64,000 bases of DNA from Desulfosudaceae bacterium. GTDB taxonomy: Bacteria; Desulfobacterota; Desulfobacteria; Desulfobacterales; Desulfosudaceae. The translations under genes and the position numbers were made by a program. This document shows positions 41,005-49,361 of this stretch, piece by piece. Each line of letters opens with the position of its first letter. Positions within the stretch are counted from its first letter, which is position 1. The stretch spans positions 2,400,001 through 2,464,000 of the forward strand of contig CAXXDV010000001.1 of NCBI GenBank assembly GCA_963674745.2. The letters run 5' to 3'. The notes below the pieces were generated by a model that searched no databases, was not told the DNA's origin, and was given only the letters and a program-made list of their open reading frames with translations.

Positions 41005-41257
41005 ATTGCCCCCTTCCGCAGGATGTTGCGGGTAAGTCCTTTGTTGAACGTCAAGCAAAACGGGTTTCATGGCTTATGACACCCGTTTGAGAATGATCAT
41101 CAATATCATATCGGATTTTTAAATGTCAATCTTTGTTGGGATTTATGAACATTTCCAGCTGGTTTCTCCTGCCTGGTATCCGGCCGGAGAATTAATAAGG
41201 CCTTGTTGAATGGATTGAAATTTTATACATTATCAGGATGCAAAAGGATGGTGTTAC

Positions 41258-42334
41258 ATGAATGATAAAAAATGTTTTCCGGATTTGAGACCGGCGCTTA
41301 TCGGCAGCCTGCCCATGTCGGATCATGGGGCGGCTACCCGGCTGATGTTTGATTATGTGCCCGAGATCCCCTTGTGGGTCCAGTTGCCGGTATTTAAAGA
41401 AGAGGGCATGGTGCCCCAGTTTTTGCCCGGTTTTCCCGGTGTGAAAAATACCGGCGACAAGACGTTCATTGACAGCCGGGATGAAACTTTTGACGCAGAG
41501 GTGGTCCAATTTTACGAAGATTATCTGGCGGTATCTGAGAACAGGGCCGATCTTGTCACTTCTCGATTTTCCCTGGGAGAGGATACGGCCAGGGGGTTTT
41601 TTGAGTTCATGCGACAGACCCCGGCTCATGAAGATCAGCTTTTCGCGGTCAAAGGGCAGATTACAGGCCCTTTTACGTTCGCCACCAGCGTCGTGGATGC
41701 CGGTGACCGGGCTGTATTTTATGATGATCAACTGCGGGATATCGCGATCAAGCTGATCGCCATGAAAGCCCGTTGGCAGGCCCGCCGTCTGGCTGAGCTG
41801 GGCAAGCCGGTGATCATCTTTTTTGATGAACCGGGTCTGACGGCCTTCGGTTCTTCGGCCTTTATCAGTATCTCCCGGCAGGAGGTCATGGATTGTTTTA
41901 ACGAAGTCTTTGAGGCGGTTCATGCCGAAGGCGCTCTGGCCGGGGTGCATGTCTGCGCCAATGCCGAATGGTCGATCATTCTGGATTCAAAAGCTGATAT
42001 CGTCAGTTTTGACGCTTATTCGTTTTTTGACAAATTTATCCTGTATGCCGACTCTATCAGGTGTTTTCTGGAAGAAGGTCATCTCCTTGCCTGGGGGATC
42101 GTGCCCACGTCCAACTCCGAGATGATTCAGGGAGAAACGGTGGACTCCCTGACCGATCGCTGGATGGACCAGGTCAATCAAATCGAGCGGCTGGGGGTTG
42201 AACGCAAAAAGATCCTGGCCCAGTCCCTGATTACGCCCAGTTGCGGTACCGGTTCTCTGGATCTGGGCTCAGCCAGACGCGTTCTGGAACTGACGGCGGA
42301 GCTGTCTCGGAAGCTCCGGGCAGTGACATACTAA
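41258..42334 (+). CDS. Core (folate-domain-less) methionine synthase, MesB-like
   Basis: Single MetE-type catalytic barrel: IGSLP, KGQITGP, DEP, HVC, SFD, WGIVP, TPSCG (Zn ligands H-x-C, D, C). Confidence 0.7.
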   Translation: MNDKKCFPDLRPALIGSLPMSDHGAATRLMFDYVPEIPLWVQLPVFKEEGMVPQFLPGFPGVKNTGDKTFIDSRDETFDAEVVQFYEDYLAVSENRADLVTSRFSLGEDTARGFFEFMRQTPAHEDQLFAVKGQITGPFTFATSVVDAGDRAVFYDDQLRDIAIKLIAMKARWQARRLAELGKPVIIFFDEPGLTAFGSSAFISISRQEVMDCFNEVFEAVHAEGALAGVHVCANAEWSIILDSKADIVSFDAYSFFDKFILYADSIRCFLEEGHLLAWGIVPTSNSEMIQGETVDSLTDRWMDQVNQIERLGVERKKILAQSLITPSCGTGSLDLGSARRVLELTAELSRKLRAVTY

Positions 42335-42374
42335 TCTTGATGATTAAATTTGAATGGTTGTTTTTTTTAAGCCC

Positions 42375-42453
42375 AAAGGGGGCAAGGATTCGAGAGGCCG
42401 AGTGATTATTGATTTTAAAACATCCTTTGAACCCTCGCACCCTTGAACCCTTT
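42375..42453. repeat. Second copy of the octamer-unit inverted repeat
   Basis: GGGGCAAGGATTCGAGAGGCCGAGTGA ... TTGAACCCTCGCACCCTTGAACCC; matches 13001-13188. Confidence 0.65.
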
Positions 42454-42536
42454 GAACTTTAGGGTGTATTTGAAGGTTTAAAAAAACATGAAAAAGGTGT
42501 GGTTTTGAACAATATAATAAAAAACAGAGGTGAACA

Positions 42537-43379
42537 ATGAACAATGCACAATTTACGGGCGCGTCCCGATATGTCCTGGACAGCGAGCTGGCCAATATTG
42601 TCAATGTATCCATGACGCTGGAGATGCCCCTGCTGCTGAAAGGCGAACCCGGTACCGGCAAGACCATGCTGGCCTATGCCATTGCAGAAAGCCTGGGCAT
42701 GCCGCTGATCGTGCTGAACGTCAAATCAAGCATGAAACTGGTTGAAGCGCTTTACCAGTACGACACCCTGACCCGGCTCAACGATGCCCGGTTCGGCGAT
42801 TCTTCCCGTGATGTCAGCAATATTGAAGACTATATACGTATGGGCAAGATAGGCCAGGCGTTTACGGCAGAGGAGCGCACCATTTTGTTGATCGATGAGA
42901 TCGACAAGGCGGACAGCGATTTCCAGGATGATATGCTGGATGTATTGGACCAAATGACCTTTGATATCGTGGAAGTTGATCGCACCGTTGCCGCTCGTCA
43001 TCGCCCGGTCATCATCATTACCTCCAATGCCAAAAAAGACCTGTCCGATCCTTTTCTGGGCCGGTGTAATTTTCATCATATCGCCTTTCCGGATCCCAAA
43101 ATGATGCGCAAAATTATCGGCGTCCATTTTCCGGAAATCAGTGACGAGCTGATGAGAAATGCCGTGGAAACGTTTTACCGGCTCCGCAAACTGGAGTCCA
43201 TTGAGAAAAAACCGGCTACCCGTGAACTGATCAACTGGATCCGGGCCTTGAAGGTCGACCCGGACTTCAAACCCAAGCAGTTGGCCAAGGGGAATATCCC
43301 TTTTCTGGGTATTCTGTTCAAAAAGAGCAGGGATTATGAACGGGCCGCTCAAGCCGTGGACCGGGTGCGATCATACTAG
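42537..43379 (+). CDS. MoxR-family AAA+ ATPase
   Basis: GEPGTGKT Walker A, LLIDEIDKAD Walker B, ITSN. Confidence 0.9.
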   Translation: MNNAQFTGASRYVLDSELANIVNVSMTLEMPLLLKGEPGTGKTMLAYAIAESLGMPLIVLNVKSSMKLVEALYQYDTLTRLNDARFGDSSRDVSNIEDYIRMGKIGQAFTAEERTILLIDEIDKADSDFQDDMLDVLDQMTFDIVEVDRTVAARHRPVIIITSNAKKDLSDPFLGRCNFHHIAFPDPKMMRKIIGVHFPEISDELMRNAVETFYRLRKLESIEKKPATRELINWIRALKVDPDFKPKQLAKGNIPFLGILFKKSRDYERAAQAVDRVRSY

Positions 43380-43391
43380 GCAGGAACAGCC

Positions 43392-44582
43392 ATGTTTATT
43401 GATTTTTTCTACCGGCTAAAGGAAATCAATGTGCCGGTGACGCCAACGTCATTTATGACCCTTCATCGGGCTTTTGCCGCCGGTCTGGTCAATTCCCTGG
43501 ATGAATTTTACACCACCAGCCGGACCATTCTGGTCAAAAGCGAGCGGTATTTTGACCTGTTTGACCAGATGTTTGCCCACTTTTTTAAAGGTGCCGAGCT
43601 GCCTGAAGACGACGACTGGGAACTGGATGAGATCGTCCGAGGCCTTTTGGAAGAGTGGCTTAAAGATCCCAAAGAACTGGCCGATATGATGGGCATGAGC
43701 CCGGAGGAGCTGGCCAGAATGACACCGGATGAGGTGGTCGAATATTTCAAACAGCGGCTCAAAGATCAGACCGAGCGCCACGATGGCGGCAATCGCTGGA
43801 TTGGAACAGGCGGGACTTCGCCGGTCGGTCATTCCGGTCATTTTCCCGGCGGTATGCGCGTGGGCGGATCCTCCAGTGGCAAGTCCGCGGTCAAGGTCGC
43901 CATGGAACGCCGGTATAAGGATTATTCCCGCACCGGTCCCTTGACCCAGGCCCAGGTTGGGGAGGCCTTAAAGCGGCTGCGTAACATGATTCCCTCCGGC
44001 CCCATGGATCAGGTTAATGTGGACAAGAGCATTTATCAGACCGTTCGCAACGGCGGGGAAATCGAAATCGTGTTTGACCGTAGCTTAAAAGACCGCCTTA
44101 AGGTGATCCTGGCCATTGACAACGGCGGCTGGTCTATGGATCCGTATGTTGAGGTGGTGCAGACGCTGTTTGATTACGCCAAGGCCCAGTTCAAAGACGT
44201 AAAAACCTATTTTTTTCACAACACCATCTATGATAATTTGTGGAAGGATGCCACCCGCTACAAGGAACCCAGCAAAGTGGCCGACTTTGCCCGCCTTGAT
44301 CCGGAGACCCGCCTGGTTATTGTCGGTGATGCCAGCATGGCGCCCTATGAGCTCATGGCCCGGGACGGTTCCATTTATATGGATGTTAGAAGCCCGTTTT
44401 CCAGCATTGACCAGTTACAGTTTCTGGCCAATCTTTTCCCTCACCGGGCCTGGCTGAATCCCGTTCCCGGCCGCATGTGGAATTATACCCAGACCATCAA
44501 TATCATCCGCCAGGTGTTTCCCATGTTCGAGTTGTCGCTGGACGGGCTGGAAGAGGCGGTGACGCAATTAATGTCCAAGTAG
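43392..44582 (+). CDS. VWA-domain (CoxE-like) partner of MoxR
   Basis: WIGTGGTSP, D.GG.SM, FFHN, VGDASMAPYEL, WLNP. Confidence 0.85.
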   Translation: MFIDFFYRLKEINVPVTPTSFMTLHRAFAAGLVNSLDEFYTTSRTILVKSERYFDLFDQMFAHFFKGAELPEDDDWELDEIVRGLLEEWLKDPKELADMMGMSPEELARMTPDEVVEYFKQRLKDQTERHDGGNRWIGTGGTSPVGHSGHFPGGMRVGGSSSGKSAVKVAMERRYKDYSRTGPLTQAQVGEALKRLRNMIPSGPMDQVNVDKSIYQTVRNGGEIEIVFDRSLKDRLKVILAIDNGGWSMDPYVEVVQTLFDYAKAQFKDVKTYFFHNTIYDNLWKDATRYKEPSKVADFARLDPETRLVIVGDASMAPYELMARDGSIYMDVRSPFSSIDQLQFLANLFPHRAWLNPVPGRMWNYTQTINIIRQVFPMFELSLDGLEEAVTQLMSK

Positions 44583-44663
44583 CCTGCCGGCTCCTTCGAC
44601 ATATCAAATACGGCTGTTTCAGAATCGTGCTATCCGTCGATATCTTGTTCGACTATCCTTTAT

Positions 44664-44707
44664 TGGGTGCCACGGGCGAACCCCGTCGAAGACGGGGTTG
44701 CCCGTGT
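44664..44707. repeat. REP-like hairpin, GGGTGCCACGGGC family
   Basis: TGGGTGCCACGGGCG-AACCCCGTC-gaa-GACGGGGTT-GCCCGTGT; same head and tail as the units at 2490-2598. Confidence 0.75.
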
Positions 44708-44721
44708 TGGGTTTTCTTTAT

Positions 44722-44997
44722 AAGGAATTAAGCTATTTTTTATCATACTTTTCTTTGGCGCAAAGAAAAGTACGCAAAAGAAACATCGCCCGGCAGCTTG
44801 GCCTTCGGCTTCCCTCGCTTGGTCGCTTTTTTCGGCGCGTGCAGGAACTCGCTGGGAATTCTCATTGAAGTGCTTTTCTCAGCACCTGACGACACGTCTC
44901 TTTGTCGTGTTGTACCACCATGCGACCGCTCAAACAGCCTGCCCGCTTCCCCCGAAAAAACCGCCCGCGCTCGGCTGCGCTGCAACGGGCCGGGGGC
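44722..44997 (+). repeat. Structured repeat of about 275 bp, copy 1
   Basis: TACTTTTCTTTGGCGCAAAGAAAAGTA hairpin; CAGGAACTCGCT...CGCTCAAACAGCCTG; direct repeat of 45090-45364. Confidence 0.85.
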
Positions 44998-45089
44998 ATT
45001 TGCGTTTATCATTATTTTTGTGGCAGATTGTTATGTCGTTACGTAGTGTGGAAAAGCGACAGCGCATCCCCCAATTTGTGCTTTTTTAG

Positions 45090-45364
45090 AGGAATAATAT
45101 CTATTTTTTATCATACTTTTCTTTGACGCAAAGAAAAGTATGCAAAAGAAACATCGCCCGGCAGCTTGGCCTTCGGCTACCCTTGCACGGACGCTTTTTT
45201 CGGCGCGGACAGGAACTCGCTGGGGATTCCCATTGAAGCCGTTTTCTCGTATCTGCCTATTCTTCTCTTTGTTGTATGGCTCCAGCATGCGACCGCTCAA
45301 ACAGCCTGCCCGCTTGCCCCGAAAAACCGCCCGCGCTCGGCTGCGCTGCAACGGGCCGGGAGCA
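45090..45364 (+). repeat. Structured repeat of about 275 bp, copy 2
   Basis: Near-identical ends to copy 1 with a diverged middle. Confidence 0.85.
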
Positions 45365-45529
45365 AGTCCGATTATTTTTCAGTCTACCGCCAGGTCACAA
45401 GATTGACTTCATCAACCGGGTGCGTTAGATTTTTTTAGCTTTCAAGTTGAGGGGGAAGATGAAAATAAGCGGAAAGTTTTTATATTATTCTGTTGGCGGT
45501 CCATAAGACGTAATCCTAGCGAGATAATT

Positions 45530-45937
45530 ATGACAAAAAAAGAGATGGCAGCTCGAATCAGGGAACTTGAAGCCGAAAACAGAAGGCTAAGGCTTGAGTT
45601 AAACAAGCTAAAAAGAAAGAAAGAGGGCTATTATACACTTGCAGATCAGTTTGATAGCTCAGTCAATCTAGGTGAATTTACTAAAACCCTTCCTTCGGTT
45701 ATACCGGAGCATAAAAAATGGAGCGCCAGCGATTATCCGGTTGATTGGGAGCCCGAACAAAAAGCGTATGATTATTTGGTGACATTCTGGGAAAATTATC
45801 CTGTTTCACAAAGTTATTTTTCTAACGTTCGAGGGGGGCAGTCATTTTATAAGTATCTAAAACGAAACGATTTATTTAAGTTAATACCTGATTCGTTTCA
45901 GCTGGAACTAAAAAAACGTTTAGGCAAAATCAAATAG
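45530..45937 (+). CDS. Hypothetical protein with N-terminal coiled coil (AT-rich)
   Basis: 135-aa ORF in AT-rich DNA; RIRELEAENRRLRLEL heptads; no family recognised. Confidence 0.6.
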   Translation: MTKKEMAARIRELEAENRRLRLELNKLKRKKEGYYTLADQFDSSVNLGEFTKTLPSVIPEHKKWSASDYPVDWEPEQKAYDYLVTFWENYPVSQSYFSNVRGGQSFYKYLKRNDLFKLIPDSFQLELKKRLGKIK

Positions 45938-45950
45938 TTCATTTTTTCTC

Positions 45951-45978
45951 TTGACATTATGTACTTACTTAAGTACAT
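45951..45978 (+). promoter_or_regulatory. TTGACA -35 box followed by a palindromic operator
   Basis: TTGACA at 45951; ATGTACTTA-CT-TAAGTACAT perfect 9-bp IR at 45959-45978; -10 box not clear. Confidence 0.55.
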
Positions 45979-46033
45979 ATATCCCATGGCCTGTTTAAAA
46001 TGATTTTTAACTTTTTAGGGAAAGGAGATAAAA

Positions 46034-46276
46034 ATGAATGAAATTCAAAACAAAATATTGTTATTGATGAACGAGCGATCGAAAAAGGGTATAGAAAAAA
46101 TTGCACCGGTTGATTTGGGTAGAAAGCTCAAGATTCCACAGAGAAAAATTAGCGGTGAATACAATTCTTTAGTTGCTCAGCAAGAATTGGCCTACTGGAG
46201 TTCGGGAAGTTGTAATTATTTAATGCTGAAAAAGGACCATGATAAACAAATGCGACTTGATGAATCTGGTTGCTAA
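46034..46276 (+). CDS. Divergent DsrD-like winged-helix protein
   Basis: Ungapped 19/54 identity to the window's DsrD from NKIL to YWSSGS; AAGGAG RBS. Confidence 0.75.
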   Translation: MNEIQNKILLLMNERSKKGIEKIAPVDLGRKLKIPQRKISGEYNSLVAQQELAYWSSGSCNYLMLKKDHDKQMRLDESGC

Positions 46277-46356
46277 ATTACAGTTGGCCGGGCAGGGGTA
46301 AGTGATTACGACAGCGTTTTTTACCAGCCCGCCCTGAATTCTTCGTTACCCCTGCC

Positions 46357-46450
46357 CGAGGGAAGCCGGAGGCCAAGCTGCCGGGCGATGTTTCTTTTGT
46401 TTACTTTTCTTTGCGTCAAAGAAAAGTAAAATAAAAAAAGATTAATTCCT
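46357..46450 (-). repeat. Inverted partial third copy of the structured repeat
   Basis: Reverse complement of the first 90 or so nt of copies 1 and 2 (TACTTTTCTTTGACGCAAAGAAAAGTA..CATCGCCCGGCAGCTTGGCC). Confidence 0.85.
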
Positions 46451-46477
46451 CAAAAATCAAGAAGGATGAATCGTTAC

Positions 46478-46675
46478 CTATTCATCCTTCTTGATTTTTT
46501 CGTGGGCCGGTACGCCGTACACCTTCTTGTACGACCGGCAGGCCGGACACAACGTTTCCTCCAATTTTACGAAATTATAAAGTACGCCTTCGCCTTTTTC
46601 CCGCGCCCGGGTACAGACCGGGCATGTATCTTTGCAAAAATGGGCCAACTTCTTTGTTGTATTGCTGTGCGCCAT
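46478..46675 (-). CDS. Small cysteine-rich hypothetical protein, possibly metal-binding
   Basis: CKDTCPVC and CPAC; strong AGGAGG RBS. Confidence 0.7.
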   Translation of the reverse strand: MAHSNTTKKLAHFCKDTCPVCTRAREKGEGVLYNFVKLEETLCPACRSYKKVYGVPAHEKIKKDE

Positions 46676-46746
46676 TGGACACCTCCTGGATAAAACAGAT
46701 TATCTGGTTTTTAATGTATTTGATATTTCCGTAAAAATACTGTTTT

Positions 46747-47565
46747 TTAATCGTTGGTCCGAAACCCCCGCATTTTTTTGACATGCTGGCGGAACAGCCA
46801 CTGCACGATTCCCGGGCTGATTCGTTGTAACAGGTATAGAAATTTAGCCAGCAGGGTCACCACGATGACGGCTTTGTTTCGTTCCACGCCACGTATGATC
46901 TGCTCCGCACATCGTTCCGGCGGCATTCCCCTGGGAAGGGTTTTCAGAGCTTCGTCCCTGTCAAATCGGACGACCTTGCTTTTGGTATAAATGGGGGTTT
47001 CGATGATGCCCGGGCAGACCACGCTGGCTTTTACCCCCAGGGCTGCACCTTCGATTCTCAGTCCCATTGTCATGCCGACCACACCAAACTTGCTGGCCGT
47101 ATAGGATAATTCACCGGGAAAAGGTACCAGCCCGGCCAGGGAGGCGGTATTGACGATGTGCCCGAAGCCCTGCCGCGCCATGACGGGGTAGGCGGCACAG
47201 ACACCATGCACGACACCGTACAAATCGACATCGATTACTTTTTTCCAGTCGTCACAGGAAACGTCCCGGGCTTCGCCGCCGACGGCGATGCCGGCATTGT
47301 TGAACATGTAATCCAGCCGCCCATGTCCGGCAACGGTGTTGTCAACCAGTTCCCGGACGGCGTCTTCGTCGGTCACGTCCAGAGTTGTTCCCGTTGCCCG
47401 GCCATCGGTTTTGACGATTTGTTCGGCGACCTGGCTGACCTGTTGCCCGTTAATATCAGCCAGTACCAGTATGGCGCCTCTGGCTGCCAGTTTTTCCGCC
47501 AGGGCCCGACCGATACCGGAACCGGCACCGGTGATGATGGCGACTTTACCGTCAAACATATCCAT
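46747..47565 (-). CDS. SDR-family oxidoreductase
   Basis: TGAGSGIG, NNAG, NTAS, YTASK. Confidence 0.93.
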   Translation of the reverse strand: MDMFDGKVAIITGAGSGIGRALAEKLAARGAILVLADINGQQVSQVAEQIVKTDGRATGTTLDVTDEDAVRELVDNTVAGHGRLDYMFNNAGIAVGGEARDVSCDDWKKVIDVDLYGVVHGVCAAYPVMARQGFGHIVNTASLAGLVPFPGELSYTASKFGVVGMTMGLRIEGAALGVKASVVCPGIIETPIYTKSKVVRFDRDEALKTLPRGMPPERCAEQIIRGVERNKAVIVVTLLAKFLYLLQRISPGIVQWLFRQHVKKMRGFRTND

Positions 47566-47679
47566 GCTTCTTTCCCCGGGCTTGTTTTTGATTCATTAGA
47601 ACCTGAAATCCTTTACAGTTGAAAAGGCTTAAATGGCGCTCAAAAATTATATTTAAATATCATTGTACATGATTACCGT

Positions 47680-48225
47680 TTAAATGAACAGAGAATGCCG
47701 CTGTTTGTCGGCCAGGAGCAAACCGGTAATGGTTTTGGCATCCCGGATGTCACCATTGTCAATCATGGCCAGGGCATCGGCAAAAGAAATCTGTTTTACC
47801 TCCAGAACTTCATCCGGTTCCAGGTTCTGGACATCCGGTATCAGGTCATAAGCCAGAAAAAGGTGCAACCGCTCATCCGAATACCCGGGCGCCAGAAAAA
47901 TGTTGCCCATGGGGCAGAAGGTTTTGCCGCGGAAACCGGTCTCTTCGATCAGTTCCCTGCCGGCGCAATCCAGGGGCTTTTCTCCGGCATCAACCGTGCC
48001 GGCCGGAATCTCCCATATATAGCCGCCCAGGGCATGCCGGTACTGTCGAATCAGTATAATGGTAGCCTCGTCCAGAAAAGGGATAATGGCTACCGCGCCG
48101 GGGTGGCGAAGGACATGAAGGGTGGTGTCGACCCCGTTGTCAAGGGTGACGTTTTCGGTGTCGAGTCGAAATCGCCCGACATGAAATACCGTCTGGCTGC
48201 TGTTTATTTTTACGCTCATCAACAT
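47680..48225 (-). CDS. NUDIX hydrolase, ADP-ribose pyrophosphatase-like (start uncertain)
   Basis: HPGAV, RQYR, WEIPAG; Nudix box GTVDAGE..A.RELIEETG; DAKT. Confidence 0.9.
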   Translation of the reverse strand: MLMSVKINSSQTVFHVGRFRLDTENVTLDNGVDTTLHVLRHPGAVAIIPFLDEATIILIRQYRHALGGYIWEIPAGTVDAGEKPLDCAGRELIEETGFRGKTFCPMGNIFLAPGYSDERLHLFLAYDLIPDVQNLEPDEVLEVKQISFADALAMIDNGDIRDAKTITGLLLADKQRHSLFI

Positions 48226-48280
48226 TCCTGTTCGCTTATAGGTGTGATCCCGAGCCATGCCCGGCTATGACATAAGCCCC

Positions 48281-48395
48281 TGATCACTTAATCACATAAA
48301 CACTTAAAACTCTAAGACTTTAAAACCTTAAAACCTTAAAACCTTAACACTTCGACCATTTAATCCCATAACCACCTAATCACCTGATCACTTAA
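48281..48395. repeat. Degenerate tandem octamer array, 14 units
   Basis: Strict 8-nt period: TGATCACT TAATCACA TAAACACT TAAAACTC TAAGACTT (TAAAACCT)x3 ... TGATCACT. Confidence 0.85.
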
Positions 48396-48397
48396 AG

Positions 48398-49354
48398 CTA
48401 TCCCCACAAGGAACGGATAAAGCGCAGATCATTGACCCGTTCGATAAGGTCCTCGTCAGGTGCCGGATTCATATCGTCTGATGCGCTACAAATACTTTCA
48501 ATGGCGGTGTTGACGCAAGTCAGGTCGACCCATTGCGGCTGAACCGTCTGGCCGTTTCGGACCTGGCTGATGGCGGCCGTGGTGTATCCCGTCTGTTGTA
48601 CCGACAATGCTTTAATGGCCGCTTCATCTGTCGGGGGGCGCGGCATATGCCTGGCCAGGCGGTTGTTAAGGTAGATCATTAAGGCCAGCACCGCCTCCAG
48701 GATCAGGCAGCGCTCGACCAGGCCGTTGATCTTTAGCTCTTTGCGGATCATCGATGCTGACAGCGGCAGATGACAATGGCCGGGGATGGACTTGTTCTCC
48801 AGAACCAGCCGGCCATGGTTGGTTGTTCGCAGGGCCTTTAAGTCGAGTTTTTTTATCTTCCCGGGGGATATAACGCTCATGGGCAGCAGTAACAGTTGAG
48901 AAACTTTTTCATCACCCGGCTCCCGGGCGCTGACCAAAATAAAATCTGCCTGGTTACCGGCGGTGATGTATTTTTTAACACCGTTTAAGTGCAGTCCGTC
49001 GTTGTCAGTCGTCAGTATGACCGGTTTGTCATGGGGTTCGGAATGGGCCAGGGCGCCGCAGTCGGATTCTGTGATTGAGGCCAGCAATGACTTGAGTCCC
49101 GCTATGAGATCGGTCTGTTGATTGACCCGCTCCAGAATCGGCCGCACCAGGGCGGCCTGAACGATCCACAACAGGGCGCAGCCGAGATCGCCGCTTTCAC
49201 CGGCCAGGAGCACGCTGGGGCGTGTTTCCGGGAAGGCTTCCAGATCCGGCGGCAACACGGGTATGATCGTGCCGCGCCAGGCTTTTTTTTGCAGGTCCGG
49301 GTTGTCAGAACGTTTCAGATAAGTATCATGAATAATGGTCAACGCGGTTTTCAT
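48398..49354 (-). CDS. Divergent acyl-CoA dehydrogenase-like protein
   Basis: LNGVKKYITAG..ADFILVSAR and ALR...GRLVLEN resemble the ACAD middle domain; the rest is divergent. Confidence 0.55.
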   Translation of the reverse strand: MKTALTIIHDTYLKRSDNPDLQKKAWRGTIIPVLPPDLEAFPETRPSVLLAGESGDLGCALLWIVQAALVRPILERVNQQTDLIAGLKSLLASITESDCGALAHSEPHDKPVILTTDNDGLHLNGVKKYITAGNQADFILVSAREPGDEKVSQLLLLPMSVISPGKIKKLDLKALRTTNHGRLVLENKSIPGHCHLPLSASMIRKELKINGLVERCLILEAVLALMIYLNNRLARHMPRPPTDEAAIKALSVQQTGYTTAAISQVRNGQTVQPQWVDLTCVNTAIESICSASDDMNPAPDEDLIERVNDLRFIRSLWG

Positions 49355-49361
49355 TCTGTCC

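Noticed and set aside
44722..45364. Possible CRISPR array
   Set aside because: Only two long units of about 275 bp, no 25-45 bp repeat-spacer period, and no cas genes in the window.
44743..45438. Several 74-106 aa ORFs on both strands
   Set aside because: They lie inside the GC-rich structured repeats and have no protein-like features.
45530..46276. Toxin-antitoxin pair
   Set aside because: No known toxin motif, the genes are separated by a promoter-like spacer, and the second resembles DsrD; not fully excluded.
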